Shown here: positions 52,616 through 63,870 of the stretch, piece by piece
Numbering within the stretch: the stretch's first letter is position 1
Layout of the letters: the number at the start of each line of letters is the position of its first letter
Origin: Macrostomum lignano
Lineage: Eukaryota
Length of the DNA stretch: 64,000 nucleotides
Reading direction: 5' to 3'
Assembly (NCBI GenBank): GCA_002269645.1
Contig: NIVC01001570.1
Coordinates: 1 to 64,000 of the forward strand
Notes under the pieces: generated by a model
Told to the model about the DNA's origin: nothing
Database searches by the model: none
Seen by the model: only the letters and a program-made list of their open reading frames with translations
Made by a program: the position numbers and the translations under genes

Positions 52616-54039
52616 GAACCCGGGGGCTCTTCAGGCGTGGGAGGAGGAGGCATCAGAGCTTGCGCGCGCAGCTGGGCGAGCCTCTCCTGCCTCTCCCTGG
52701 TAGCCTCGTCTAACATATCTCTGCCCCAATCCTCTAAATCTTGCCTATGGCGATCGGGTGGCGCACGAAGCTGCAATTGCTGCTGCTGCACACCCGGCGC
52801 CGGCGGCGTGGGCGCCTCCTGAATTGCAAGCGGCGGGGGCTGGGATTGGCGCCAGTTCCTACTGTTATTAGAGCCGCCCTGCCCCTGCCTCCAGTTCCTG
52901 TTGGGAGTGGCGGGGCGAGGGGGCCTCATCTGCTGGGGCAGCTGGGCAACAGACTCTGCTGTCGCCTTCATAGTTTCATTGAGCTGCACCAGCTGGTTGC
53001 GCAGATCCTTTTGCGTTTGCTCTAGCGCGCCCAACCTCTCTTGCATCTCTGATAGGCCGTCACTGTCCTCCTCCGTCTCGTCAGCTTCCTGGTTCACCAT
53101 CCTGACCCACTTGCGAGGGGGCCTGGGTGGCTGCTGAGGTTGCAGACGGACTTCGGTGCGGGACTCAGACCTGGGCGGGCCACTACTGTCCCATTTCCCG
53201 GCTAAGTCTGCGGCTTCTAACAGGGCTTGCTGCTGTTCTAACACCTGCTCAATTGTCTGCCAGCGACGGCTCAACAGATCTTGTCTGACCTGGCGGGGGA
53301 GCTTAGCGTGTTCCAAGTAGGTGTACACGATTTCTTGTTCTCTCTGCTCACCCTGAATCTGAGGAAACATGGCCGTTATCTGAGATCTTATCATAGCAGC
53401 AAAAGCACTATGTGATTGGCCGGGTTTCTGGCTCAGATTCTTCAGCTTATTTCTCTTAGCCAGATCAGTGTTGGCCTCGCCCAACTGCTCTCCTAATCTA
53501 GATACGAACTGCTCAAAGGGCAATTGCCCGTCCAATCCTAAGGCTAAGTTCTGAAATTCACCTGGGAGGTGCGAGATGAGCACCTGCTTCCTAGCCTGAT
53601 CTCCTACAGTTCTCTCCGCGTCCAGCTTGTAGATCATTCTCTCTACCCATTGCACAAAACAGTGTTCGCCGGGAGAGAACTTCTCTACGTAGATTTTCGG
53701 CCTCTGAGCTTCTTGGCCCATGTTTAGCTGGTTAAACGCATTGGCTATAGCAGCAACTAAGTCTCCTAGCTGCGGGACTGCCTGAGGAGGATTCTGGGCT
53801 GCGTCCGGGGGAGCAGCGGCGGCTGCTGCGTCACCCTGATTGGGAGCGGGAGCTGCTACTCCTTCATCTGGTTCCTCAACTACTACTGCTTCTGGAGGCT
53901 GAGGGACCTGGTTACCAGCGGCTGCGGCCATTGCGGCTGCGGGGGCGGCAACTGCTGGGGTGTCAGCGGCCGAGGGTGGTTGACCAGGGGCGTCTGCGCA
54001 CACAGCTTCTACGACCCTATCTCCACGCGCCCGTGACAT
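52594..54039 (-). CDS. Gag (481 aa from ATG 54039)
   Basis: Gypsy-type capsid pattern (KFS..EHCFVQWVERM...LKNLSQKPGQSHSAFAAMI), coiled coil and Pro/Gln-rich tail; no CCHC knuckle. Confidence 0.85.
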   Translation of the reverse strand: MSRARGDRVVEAVCADAPGQPPSAADTPAVAAPAAAMAAAAGNQVPQPPEAVVVEEPDEGVAAPAPNQGDAAAAAAPPDAAQNPPQAVPQLGDLVAAIANAFNQLNMGQEAQRPKIYVEKFSPGEHCFVQWVERMIYKLDAERTVGDQARKQVLISHLPGEFQNLALGLDGQLPFEQFVSRLGEQLGEANTDLAKRNKLKNLSQKPGQSHSAFAAMIRSQITAMFPQIQGEQREQEIVYTYLEHAKLPRQVRQDLLSRRWQTIEQVLEQQQALLEAADLAGKWDSSGPPRSESRTEVRLQPQQPPRPPRKWVRMVNQEADETEEDSDGLSEMQERLGALEQTQKDLRNQLVQLNETMKATAESVAQLPQQMRPPRPATPNRNWRQGQGGSNNSRNWRQSQPPPLAIQEAPTPPAPGVQQQQLQLRAPPDRHRQDLEDWGRDMLDEATRERQERLAQLRAQALMPPPPTPEEPPGSGNPWEG

Positions 54040-56391
54040 GTGAATGCCGGATAGCTGGGGGAGTACCCACCACCGGGAAGGAAAAGAAAAGAAAACCGGG
54101 GCAACTACAGGTAAAGACCGAAAAGTTGATCCGAAACACACAAACACACTCACACACACACAAACACAGACAAAACCCACATACTTGCGGCGTCGAAGAA
54201 AACAAATTGAAAAACGGGTGGCTCCACATAATTCCATTTAGGCAGTCCTAACGGCTTCACTCGGCAAAGCACACTGACTCAAACTGCGGCTACCACTACC
54301 AGTTGTCTATGGCACATCCTGACAGGGAAAAATTGGCTATTCAGAGAGACTTGACCTTCATTTTGCGGCCATGCTAGGGAACCCAAATGCCGACCGTAAA
54401 CGGACTTACGGCACCTGTACAAATTCTCCCCTAGGGTTGCGCGCCGGACCCCATTTCCTTAAGAAAGCTACTACGAAGAAGCGTTGGCGCCTGGACCCAA
54501 AAACCCAAGTGGCGGGAGCAATCCCCATGGAGGTCCTCCCACTTTACTGCCCTTGCACAGCCGGAAAACCGTCGGAGTCCAGTGGGGCTTCCACCTCAGG
54601 ACTACCAATCTTGTACACGCAGCTTCACAAAAGGCGGGAATCCAGCTCCCCTACGTCTAGCAGAATCCACAAAAACCAAGACCTCCCCCTTCTGTTCAGA
54701 GCGAAGGCGCGCAGCGGGAGTCCAGACTAAACTGTCCCCGAAGTTTTCAGGTTAGGCGGATTACAAGCCTGAAACTCTCGCCCGCTTTCCTAGGATAAAC
54801 AGACCTAAGTGAGTATCTTCCTGAAATGCTTGCCCCTCCGATACTCCACCTTTGCTGCAGCTCGAAATAGCATACTTGGGACCTTTATCTGATGGCGGAG
54901 AAAGTCCTACAGTTGTCAGCCTCTCCACTTTACTGTACTTGAACGCCCGGTTCTACCAGGAGACAGCGGTACCTCCATCTAGGTTATTCCAAGTTGCCAG
55001 AGACGTCAACCCGTCTTATTGACCTTGCGGGGCACTGGGGTGGCACTCTATGTACCGGGGCTTTACATTAGGGGACTGCATGCAACCCTGCGTCTAAGCG
55101 CTTAGTGGGCTGCAGTGGCCAGAGGGGAAAAGAGTTGCGCAATAGCGCCTTCCTGGGCCAGGCTGACAAGTCGGGCAGGAGCGCCGTTCTACCGGGTCGG
55201 GCTGATTGGCACACCCACCTCCCCTATCAGACTGACAGCAGGGGGGAGGAATTACTAAAGGAGGAGAATGCAGCAGGAAACATTACGAGATCACTGGGGG
55301 CCACCAGACTTCCAGTACACCATTCCAATACTCACTGAACTCCACTATCAATAGGATACTATGGGATCTACTATTTCCAGCCACTGCACCAGCCCAAATG
55401 CAACCAAAGCAGTTACTACCGGGTCTGCAATACAGTGGGGAGAGTCAGCAGACACGTTGGGATCGAATCCCAGCCATGAAGGCACCAGGGGTTACCGCAG
55501 AATTCAGGTCCGGGCTGATCGCAGGTATTCCATAGGAGGTGACACTTTTTTTAGCCCGAGATTTTTGAGTCACACTGATACCCTACAGAGATACAATCAC
55601 ACCGCTATTCCCATTCCTGCGAGACTTTGGTATCCCCCAATGTTTCCAAGGCCATGACTACTGCTTCCCTTACTATGCATATATAGCGAGTTCCCCATAG
55701 CCCTTGATAGCTGTTCATTCTAATGGACAAACAAAACACGCTCCGGTCTCTACGCATTTCTAGGATTAACTGAGCGATCAGGGAGAGCGACTGTTACACT
55801 CCCCCGAGTAAAAGAAAGAGGTAGGACAAAGGAAAGAAATGCTTCGCTTCCAGCTTCCCTGTGCTTGCGTGATGAGGCTTCCGTACCTGGCTGGCTGTCC
55901 ACCTCAACACTCACACAGTTCTGCTGTAGGCTAGGCGAGAGAAAGAAAGGGAGGGGAAATAAAGCATATTACCATGAAATAGAAAGTGAGTCCGGAAAAT
56001 TCACTTTCGCAGTTCTTCACACACTCCGTTACCAGGTAGCTATTCTGATTGTAATCAAATCCGCTCGTCTACCACTTCACACTTTCTAGCGCTGAAACTG
56101 ATCGGCTAAATTAATTTTAAATTGAATCAGGGGCTTTTGGCGAATGAATGAATTTGGAAATTTCGAATGAATTGAACGAATTCGCAGCCCGAAAAATTTG
56201 AAAAGTTACATTAATATTTTTGGATTTTGTTGCCTCACGCCATGGGAGAAGAGAATGACGATTGGCGATTTTTACGATTGGTAGATTTAGACATGGCACT
56301 CTTTGCGCTTCGGCCACCATTCTGAGGGATGCCACAGGTGCGCTTGTCACATCTAAACCACCAGTCCGAAACTCAGCGCTGTTTGCACCAG

Positions 56392-56409
56392 ATCCCACCG
56401 CTGCCACCA
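56392..56409 (-). other. Primer binding site, tRNA-Leu
   Basis: TGGTGGCAGCGGTGGGAT lies 3 nt inside the 5' LTR and is complementary to the ...ATCCCACCGCTGCCA(CCA) 3' end of eukaryotic tRNA-Leu(AAG). Confidence 0.88.
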
Positions 56410-56412
56410 TTT

Positions 56413-58626
56413 TGATGTAACCGCCCTTGTCGCCTGTCCGCTCCGTAGAGAGACGAACGCATGACTAGAGGGGCAATGACCGTAGGCTGCCTATGACCGG
56501 GCAATGACCTGACGGACCTCCAGCACCAGACTGTCCCGCCCACATGATTAGTAGCTTTGGTAGCGCTTCGTGACCAGAGGGCCAAGGACCCACATGGACC
56601 CCACCTGTAGCCAAGGTGCAATAGTTGGTCACTCGGTCATAGTATGACCGAGTGGCTGCCACCACTCTATGTGACCTGGCGCACCTGGATCTTTCTACCA
56701 GACCTCTCGAGGCTAGAGCCCCGCCTGGATTGGTTACCAGGGGATTTAGGCTAACAGGGGAGACGCATGCAGCCGAGTACAGGGACTCTGCTTGGGGCAT
56801 GATCGGGAACTCTGGGCTCAATCCTGGAGGATTTCTCAGCAGGGGATCCTTTGTGGCTGTGAGCGAGGCTGACTTGCGACTTTGATTACTAAGAGTAGTA
56901 TGAGGCGAACATGTACTGTCTACAGTTTAGATTGCTCAGGGCGAAGGGACGCGTTAGCATGGGGTTGCAACCTTCCTACTGCCATTCTGTGCCAAGACTC
57001 GCTAATCCCTCTACTGCACGCACACGCGGCCCCGCAGCACGCACTCACAGGCGGGCTTGCACGGGGAGAGGCCATTAGCTTACCCAAACTTCCTTATGCT
57101 TTGCCACCCCGGGAGAAAGGCTTAGCAAGCCATGAGTGAAATGATGGTGAAAGATTGAATAATGATGAAGTTAGTTAATAGTTAATAATTAGGCCCTTAG
57201 GCAAATAAGCAGGCAATTAGGCGGCTTCACTATTGAGTAAAATACAGCAAAAGATACGGTATCACAATTGGCTCAGCTCTCTAATCAGACAATGGAAAAT
57301 AGGCAAACCCCGGATAAGCAAAGGCAATTAGAGCACAAATTAGTAGTAGGAACTTACCGGCAGCTGCACAGAGAGAGAGAGAGGCGGAGTGACCGAGGGC
57401 GGCTGTAGGCTGCAGTCAGGCAGACGGTGAAGCGGCGATGCGCTGGAGCGACGAGGCGCTGATGTAGATCAGGCGATGCTGATGATGCTGGGCGGTATCA
57501 GACCGCTGGCCGATAGGCGAGCTCACTTGGGGAGCTAAGGATAACTTGGCGGTAACAGACCGCGGACCGGCAGGGATTCGTCTTATAGACGAATGGGTCA
57601 GAACTCAATCTGACAGCAAGTCCAAAGAAGGACGAGGAGAGGAACAGAGATAACTCAGTTGAGTATTCTCATGCCGAAATCGCTTCCTTTTATAGACCTC
57701 ACAGCCGCCTCCTCAAGGTCGTTACCATGGCTCCCTCTCTCTGATTGGCTGCCGGCAGAATGACGTCAGAATGAGTCATGATGAGAAGCATGAGACCGGC
57801 ATAGCAACATGAGAAATCGGGAAATTGCGCAATCCGGAGGTGGGGTGGGGGGATAATTGGCGCAGCGGGTGGTCGCGAAAGTGTTGCGCAAGCAAACATT
57901 GAGAACAATAGGGCTGGGGTCGAGAACAAAGGAATTGGAAATCGGGGATAATTGGGGAAAACTGAGAACAATGGAAAAGTAAACATTGGAGAAAAGGTGA
58001 TAATTAGGTGCGAAAACGAGAACAAAAGAAAGAGAAAATCGGAGAAAATGTGATAATTGGTGGGGGTCGAGAGAACAAAAGAAGCAAAAACGAGAACAAT
58101 AGAAGCGGAGGTGGGGTGGGTGTCACATGAGAAATTTGGGAAGGAGAACAATAGCGTGAGAAAAGGTTGCGCAAGAGAGGGGGATGAGTCATCGATGAGT
58201 CACCGAGGGGGAGAAGGGGTCACACGACTTGCGTCACCGTTTGGGAGTTTGAGAGGGGATGGGGAGACGGTGAGCACACAAAGTACTGTAAGTAGACACA
58301 GGGAAAGAGGGGACAGCGCAGGAAAAGAGTGCAGAGGGAGACAAAAAAAGGAGGAGGTAGAGAAAGTACAGGAAGAATAGGGCGGGAACAGAAGAGATAG
58401 GGTAGAGGGGGAGGTACAGAAAGGGGTAGGGGCTCCGGAAAGGCAGGTGTGGCGGCAGGAGAGACGGGACCAAGGCAGCAGGAGAGGTGCAGCAGAGCGG
58501 GAGTCTCCAGGCCCGGTCGGAGACCTGGCCGAGTCTCGACAGCTCTGTGCAGAGGGTGCACGGGATAGGAGGCACTTTCGAAAAAGTTCCCATGCCCTAT
58601 CCCGCGACCAGAGCGTGGTTACATCA
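56413..58626 (-). repeat. 5' LTR (2214 bp)
   Basis: TG...CA termini with a 10-bp inverted repeat; uninterrupted copy. Confidence 0.95.
57352..57778 (-). promoter_or_regulatory. LTR promoter (TATAAAA 57694-57688, CCAAT 57748-57744, TGACGTCA 57761, TGAGTCA 57772) and GTAAGT donor (57357)
   Basis: Consensus motifs in promoter-like spacing; same set in the 3' LTR (TATA 34036-34042, donor 33704). Confidence 0.6.
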
Positions 58627-58864
58627 AGCGTCTGTTTTAAATGGAGAGTACCTTTTTATTTTACATTTGCGCGCACGCTCATGACTCATCTATGTTCTGC
58701 CTCTCACTTCTCTCGCCTGGCTTAAAAATATCTGCGTTTATAATAATAGGCTTAAGGAAGAACATACAATGTGAACTCGAAATATCGGCACTTAGCTTTA
58801 ATATCAGCGTTACCATGTCAGTGCTTTGGGTTTGAGCACTGTTCCCTCTCCCCCTTCCCCCTCT

Positions 58865-59370
58865 CTCCGTTTATCTCTCATAGTTTGTTGGATAGATTAG
58901 CAATCCATTATCTCTCATAGTCATAGTTTGTTGGATAGATTAGCAATCCATTATCTCTCATAGTCATAGTTTGTTTGATAGATTAGCAACCCACTATCTC
59001 TCATAGTTTGTTTCATAGATTAGCAACCCACTATCTCTCATAGTTTATTGGATAGATTAGCAACCCACTATCTCTCATAGTTTATTGGATAGATTAGCAA
59101 CCCACTATCTCTCATAGTTTATTGGATAGATTAGCAACCCACTATCTCTCATAGTTTATTGGATAGATTAGCAACCCACTATCTCTCATAGTTTATTGGA
59201 TAGATTAGCAACCCACTATCTCTCATAGTTTATTGGATAGATTAGCAACCCACTATCTCTCATAGTTTGTTGGATAGATTAGCAACCCACTATCTCTCAT
59301 AGTTTGTTGGATAGATTAGCAATCCATTCTCTATCTTTCTTTTATCTCTCATAGTTTGTTGGATAGACTA
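58865..59370 (+). repeat. 37-bp minisatellite TCTCTCATAGTTTATTGGATAGATTAGCAACCCACTA
   Basis: About 12 tandem units. Confidence 0.9.
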
Positions 59371-59824
59371 GCAATCCATAATATTTCTATGGTACGCATT
59401 TGAATTGGCTCATTTAGAAGTCAGAATTTGATCGCGGCAGAACACCAGCACAGAGCAGCTACAGTGTATCAGCAATCGCACACAGAGCAGAGCCTTCTGG
59501 AGTTTCACGCTCGGATTAATAAAATCTAGAGCTCAAGTAAATTCAATTTCAAGTCTAGAACTGAAAATTGCTGATTGCAAAGAGGGAAAAGTGCAACCGC
59601 TGGTTTTCAAGCTGGTTTTTACTGATAACACAGCATTTCTTCCAGCTTGTAATTATATCAGCCGAAACAAACTGGTTAGTTAACATCTGGCAAGACAGGC
59701 ATACAGGACAAGCCTTAAACTTTATTCATATCAACCAACTGGTGGCACCAGTAACTATGATTTTTTTACATAATTTGAAATTTCAAAGCCAGATACCAGT
59801 TAATACAAGCTAACCCACATTGAC

Positions 59825-60740
59825 TCTCAGCCAATAAGAATCGCGCCCACTCCAACTCCCCTCTCTCTCTCTCAGCCAATGAGAATTCATTCATTCTCAT
59901 TTCAACCCCATCAACCCCAACAATTCATTCACCCACCTCAGCGATCCCTCCTTTAGCCAATGAGAATCGCACTCATTCCAACCCCCCTCCTCTCAGCTAA
60001 TTGAGAAAAGAATCGCACCCACCCTAACTCCCCCTCGGGGGGGGGGGCGTAGCCCAGCGGTCTAGCGCAGGCTCTGGTGTGCCAGCGACCCAGGCTCGAT
60101 TCCAAGTGCAGTCACATTCATTTGGGGCTGAATTGGAATCTCGGTTTGGCTCTGCTCGTGCAATTAACGGCCTTGAGAGCCAACCCCCAAGGCGCAGTGA
60201 AGTGTACATCCCTAACGATAAAATAAAGTTAGGGCCGCTGTACACTCCTGTGTGAGTGTGTGCCTGCGTACGTATCCGCGCGCTTGTGTGCCTGCTCAGA
60301 GGAGTCGGCGGAATGGGCAGTAATGCCTCTTGCCGGTTGTGTGCCTATGTCGCTTAAAGTGCGCCAGGGTGCACACAACCCCCCTGCCTCTAATAAAAAA
60401 AACTCCCCCTCTCCCCAGCCAATGAGAATCGCACCCACCCTAACTCCCCTCTCTCCCCCAGCCAATGAGAATGGCACCCACCCTAACTCCCCTCTCTCCC
60501 CCAGCCAATGAGAATCGCATCCACCCTAACTCCCCTCTCTCCCCCAGCCAATGGGAATCGCACCCACCCTAACTCCCCTCTCTCCCCCAGCCAATGAGAA
60601 TCGCATCCACCCTAACTCCCCTCTCCCCCAGCCAATGAGAATCGCACCCAACCTAACTCCCCTCTGTCCCCCAGCCAATGAGAATCGCACCTACCCTAAC
60701 TCCCCTCTCTCCCCCAGCCAATGAGAATCGCACCCACCTC
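59825..60740 (+). repeat. ~43-bp minisatellite AGCCAATGAGAATCGCACCCACCCTAACTCCCCTCTCTCCCCC
   Basis: Tandem units interrupted by a SINE. Confidence 0.85.
60037..60400 (+). mobile_element. tRNA-derived SINE
   Basis: Head GGGGCGTAGCCCAGCGGTCTAG (A box) ... GGCTCGATTCC (B box), A-rich tail, 11-bp TSD AACTCCCCCTC (60026-60036, 60401-60411). Confidence 0.75.
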
Positions 60741-60828
60741 AACTATTACAATACCTCCATTAGCCAATAAGCAACAATATCTATCTAAAGTGACCAATCA
60801 GAACCCTTTTAATCAGAGGGCCACCAAC

Positions 60829-61467
60829 CTTATCAAGCTGGCCGGCAGCAGCTTCAATCTCGTCCAACAGCTGGTCAGGATCGGCTCTGCCAAGCAGGCC
60901 AGCCTCGCTAAGCCGAGGCCTCAAATACCGGTGCGACTGCCACAGCTTGTTAATTAGCCTTGAGCAGGTGTCAACTAGCTGAGGATCGAAGGCCACCCGG
61001 TCCAACTGGAACCGGTGACTGCACAGGGCCAAACGCAGAGCGTCCGGCCCACCCTGGCCAACCAGTCCAATCGGGTCGATCACGTTGCCGCGACTTTTGC
61101 TCATTTTTCTGCGTCGCGAATCGCACACTAATCCGTTTAATAATACCCTGCGGAATGGCAGCTGGCCGCCCGTCAGCTGCTGGGTCAGCATGACCATCCT
61201 GGCAGCCCAGAAGAACAGTATATCGTGCCCGGTCTCCAGCAGGCTGAGCGGGAATCGACTAGGATTAGGCGGATCCAAGTCCGGCCAATCGGCCAGGGAC
61301 AGAGGCAGCAGGCCGGAGGAGAACCAGGTGTCGAGAACGTCAGAATCGCGGCGAAGGGTAAATGAAGACGACGATGTCGATTGAAACTTCTGACGGGCAG
61401 CCTGGGCAGCCTCTGACTCGGAGCGGGCGGCCAACCAGCCCAGACTGGAGCCGTTCGAGTCCAGCAC
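60829..61467 (-). CDS. VARS: Valyl-tRNA synthetase exon with KMSKS motif
   Basis: DVLDTWFSSGLLP, LLETGHDILFFW, RKMSKSRGNVIDP; GGCAG acceptor, GTTGGT donor, phase 0. Confidence 0.96.
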
Positions 61468-61589
61468 CTGCCGTGCGGGGGAATTAAGGAGCTGTTTTTG
61501 ATGGGGAGGCTATGAAATTTTATAGGGGAATTGGAAGAAGTTTTATTATACAGGCGTTGGGGGATTACGATAATCGAGTAATTACTCTA

Positions 61590-62010
61590 GCGCGGGGAGA
61601 GGGTAAAGCGGGTGGCAGGGGACAGCAGAAGAGAGGGGAAAGCTGAGGGGAAAGCTGGGGGAGAGGGGAAAGCGGAGGGGAAAGCTGGGGGAGAGGGGAA
61701 AGCGGAAGGAGAGGGGAAAACGGGAGGAGAGGGGAAAGCGGGATAAGAGGGGAAAGCGGGAGGAGAGGGGAAGCGGGAGGAGAGGGGAAGCGGGAGGAGA
61801 GGGGAAAGCGGAGAGGGTAAAGCCGGAGGAGAGGGTAAAGCGGGGGAGAGGGGAAAGCTGGGGAAGAGGGGAAAGCGGGAGGAGAGGGAAAGCGGGAGAA
61901 GAGGGTAAAGCCGGAAGAGAGGGGAAAGCGGGAGGAGAGGGGAAAGCTGGGGAAGAGGTGAAGCGGAAGGAGAGGGGAAAGCGGAGAGGGTAAAGCCGGA
62001 GGAGAGGGGA
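61590..62010 (+). repeat. Purine-rich ~18-bp minisatellite GGAGGAGAGGGGAAAGCG
   Basis: Direct inspection. Confidence 0.85.
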
Positions 62011-62048
62011 AAGCGGGTAAAAAACGGTAAATTGTGAAGCGCAACCAC

Positions 62049-62318
62049 CTCGTACGCCGGCACCCGGTGGCCCCACCAGATCTGGCGGGAGATGCACCAG
62101 TCTCCGGTGCGCCTCATCCACTCCAACCAGTCGGCCGCGTAGCCTTCCGGCTGGATGCTCAACTGTCCGGATCGGACAGCCTCTCCGGCCAGACTGGCCG
62201 GGCCGCCGCTAGAATTCGAAGAGGAATTGTCCGAGCTGCCCCGACAGCGGACAAACCATTGGCTTTTGAGTTGTTGTTCGACTATGTCACCGCTGCGACT
62301 GCAGATTGGCAGCGTCAT
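62049..62318 (-). CDS. VARS: Valyl-tRNA synthetase exon
   Basis: LPICSRSGDIVE...QWFV...DWCISRQIWWGHRVPAY; canonical splice sites. Confidence 0.96.
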
Positions 62319-62411
62319 CTGCGAGAGGATGAGGCTGGATTTGGTTGACTACTGAGCTCAGATGAGGCAGATAATCCCGAAGGCGCTTCTATTAGGCAGA
62401 GGGTGACAAAC

Positions 62412-62925
62412 ATTAGGAGATGGCGGTCATTAGGAGATGGCGGTCATTAGAGAATGGCAATCATTAGAGGATGGCAATCATTAGAGGATGGCAATCATTA
62501 GAGGATGGCAATCATTAGAGGATGGCAATCATTAGAGGATGGCGGTCATTAGAGGATGGCAATCATTAGAGGATGGCAATCATTAGAGGATGGCAATCAT
62601 TAGAGGATGGCAATCATTAGAGGATGGCAATCATTAGAGGATGGCAATCATTAGAGGATGGCAATCATTAGAGGATGGCAATCATTAGAGGATGGCGGTC
62701 ATTAGAGGATGGCAATCATTAGAGGATGGCAATCATTAGAGGATGGCGGTCATTAGAGGATGGCAATCATTAGAGGATGGCAATCATTAGAGGATGGCAA
62801 TCATTAGAGGATGGCGGTCATTAGAGGATGGCAATCATTAGAGGATGGCGGTCATTAGAGGATGGCAATCATTAGAGGATGGCGGTCATTAGAGGATGGC
62901 GGTCATTAGAGGATGGCGGTCCTTA
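62412..62925 (+). repeat. 17-bp minisatellite TCATTAGAGGATGGCAA
   Basis: About 30 tandem units filling the intron. Confidence 0.93.
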
Positions 62926-62978
62926 GAGGATGGAGCTCATCAGAGGATGAGGCTACAGTTGCGCACCAGCTGCCTTAC

Positions 62979-63515
62979 TGAGTGTTTTTCAGCGCCCCGA
63001 TACAAGCCCAGCTCGATCAGCCGCTGCAGAATCCGATCGCGAGCTTCAAATCTGGGCAGCCCAACCAGTTCAGCCGGAGCCCCGCAGTCGGCGCCAACCA
63101 CGCCAGCCTCGGTGAACACTGTCAGGGGAGGCGTCTCCGACAATGCTGGCGTCTCAGCGACAATGTCGAAGTCGGCCCGACTGTGCCCAGGCGTCAGCTT
63201 GACGGCACCGCTGCCGAAGTTCGGATCAACGCTGGCGTGCCCGACGATTGGCAGCAGGCGTCCCGTAGGAGACAGCGGATGTCGGAGCTGTCGACGGCCG
63301 ATCAGCGAAGCATAGCGCGCATCGTCGGGATGCACAGCCACGGCAGTGTCACCCAGCATCGTCTCCGGGCGCGTGGTGGCAACGACGACGCCATCATCGT
63401 CGCCTTTGGCGTCGGCGAACGGGTAGAGAAACCGGTGGAGCCGGCCGAATTCAACGGGGCGAGAATGGCCGGGCACCGGGAGCCGGGTGGGACCGGAGAT
63501 TTCCCGGGTTTCTAC
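62979..63515 (-). CDS. VARS: Valyl-tRNA synthetase exon (editing domain); upstream exons lie outside the window
   Basis: VATTRPETMLGDTAVAVHPDD.RY, GSGAVKLTPGHSRADF; TAACAG acceptor, GTAAGG donor. Confidence 0.96.
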
Positions 63516-63544
63516 CTGTTAAAAGTTGGTCATGCGAGTCACGC

Positions 63545-63870
63545 AACTTATATTAACGCTGCATCTGGTCACGTGACTTATATTAACGCTGCATCTGGTC
63601 ACGTGACTTATATTATCGCTGCATCTGGTCACGTGACTTATATTAACGCTGCATCTGGTCACGTGACTTATTATTGCAGTATCTGGTCACGTGACTTATT
63701 ATCGCGGTATCTGGTCACGCGACTTATATTATCGCTGCATCTGGTCACGTGACTTATTATTGCAGTATCTGGTCAAGTGACTTATTATCGCGGTATCTGG
63801 TCACGCGATTTATATTATCGCTGCATCTGGTCACGTGACTTATATTGTCGCTGTATCAGGTCACGTGACT
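63545..63870 (+). repeat. ~30-bp minisatellite containing the palindrome GTCACGTGAC
   Basis: GCATCTGGTCACGTGACTTATATTAACGCT units. Confidence 0.88.

Larger units (their letters stand above)
32759..58626 (-). mobile_element. Full-length Ty3/gypsy-type LTR element lacking pol (gag-pro plus accessory ORFs), with nested insertions
   Basis: Two ~2.2-kb direct repeats with TGATGTAACC...GGTTACATCA termini, 4-bp TSD AGCG (32755-32758, 58627-58630), tRNA PBS, Gag and protease ORFs. Confidence 0.93.

Noticed and set aside
56373-58725. Short ORFs duplicated in both LTRs
   Set aside because: Identical only because the LTRs are identical; no coding signature recognised.
58745-58795. Second hammerhead-like motif (...CTTAAGGAAG...CGAAATATCGGCAC)
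   Set aside because: Shares the GAAATATCGGCA tail, but the CTGANGA core and stem I are broken; at most a decayed relative.
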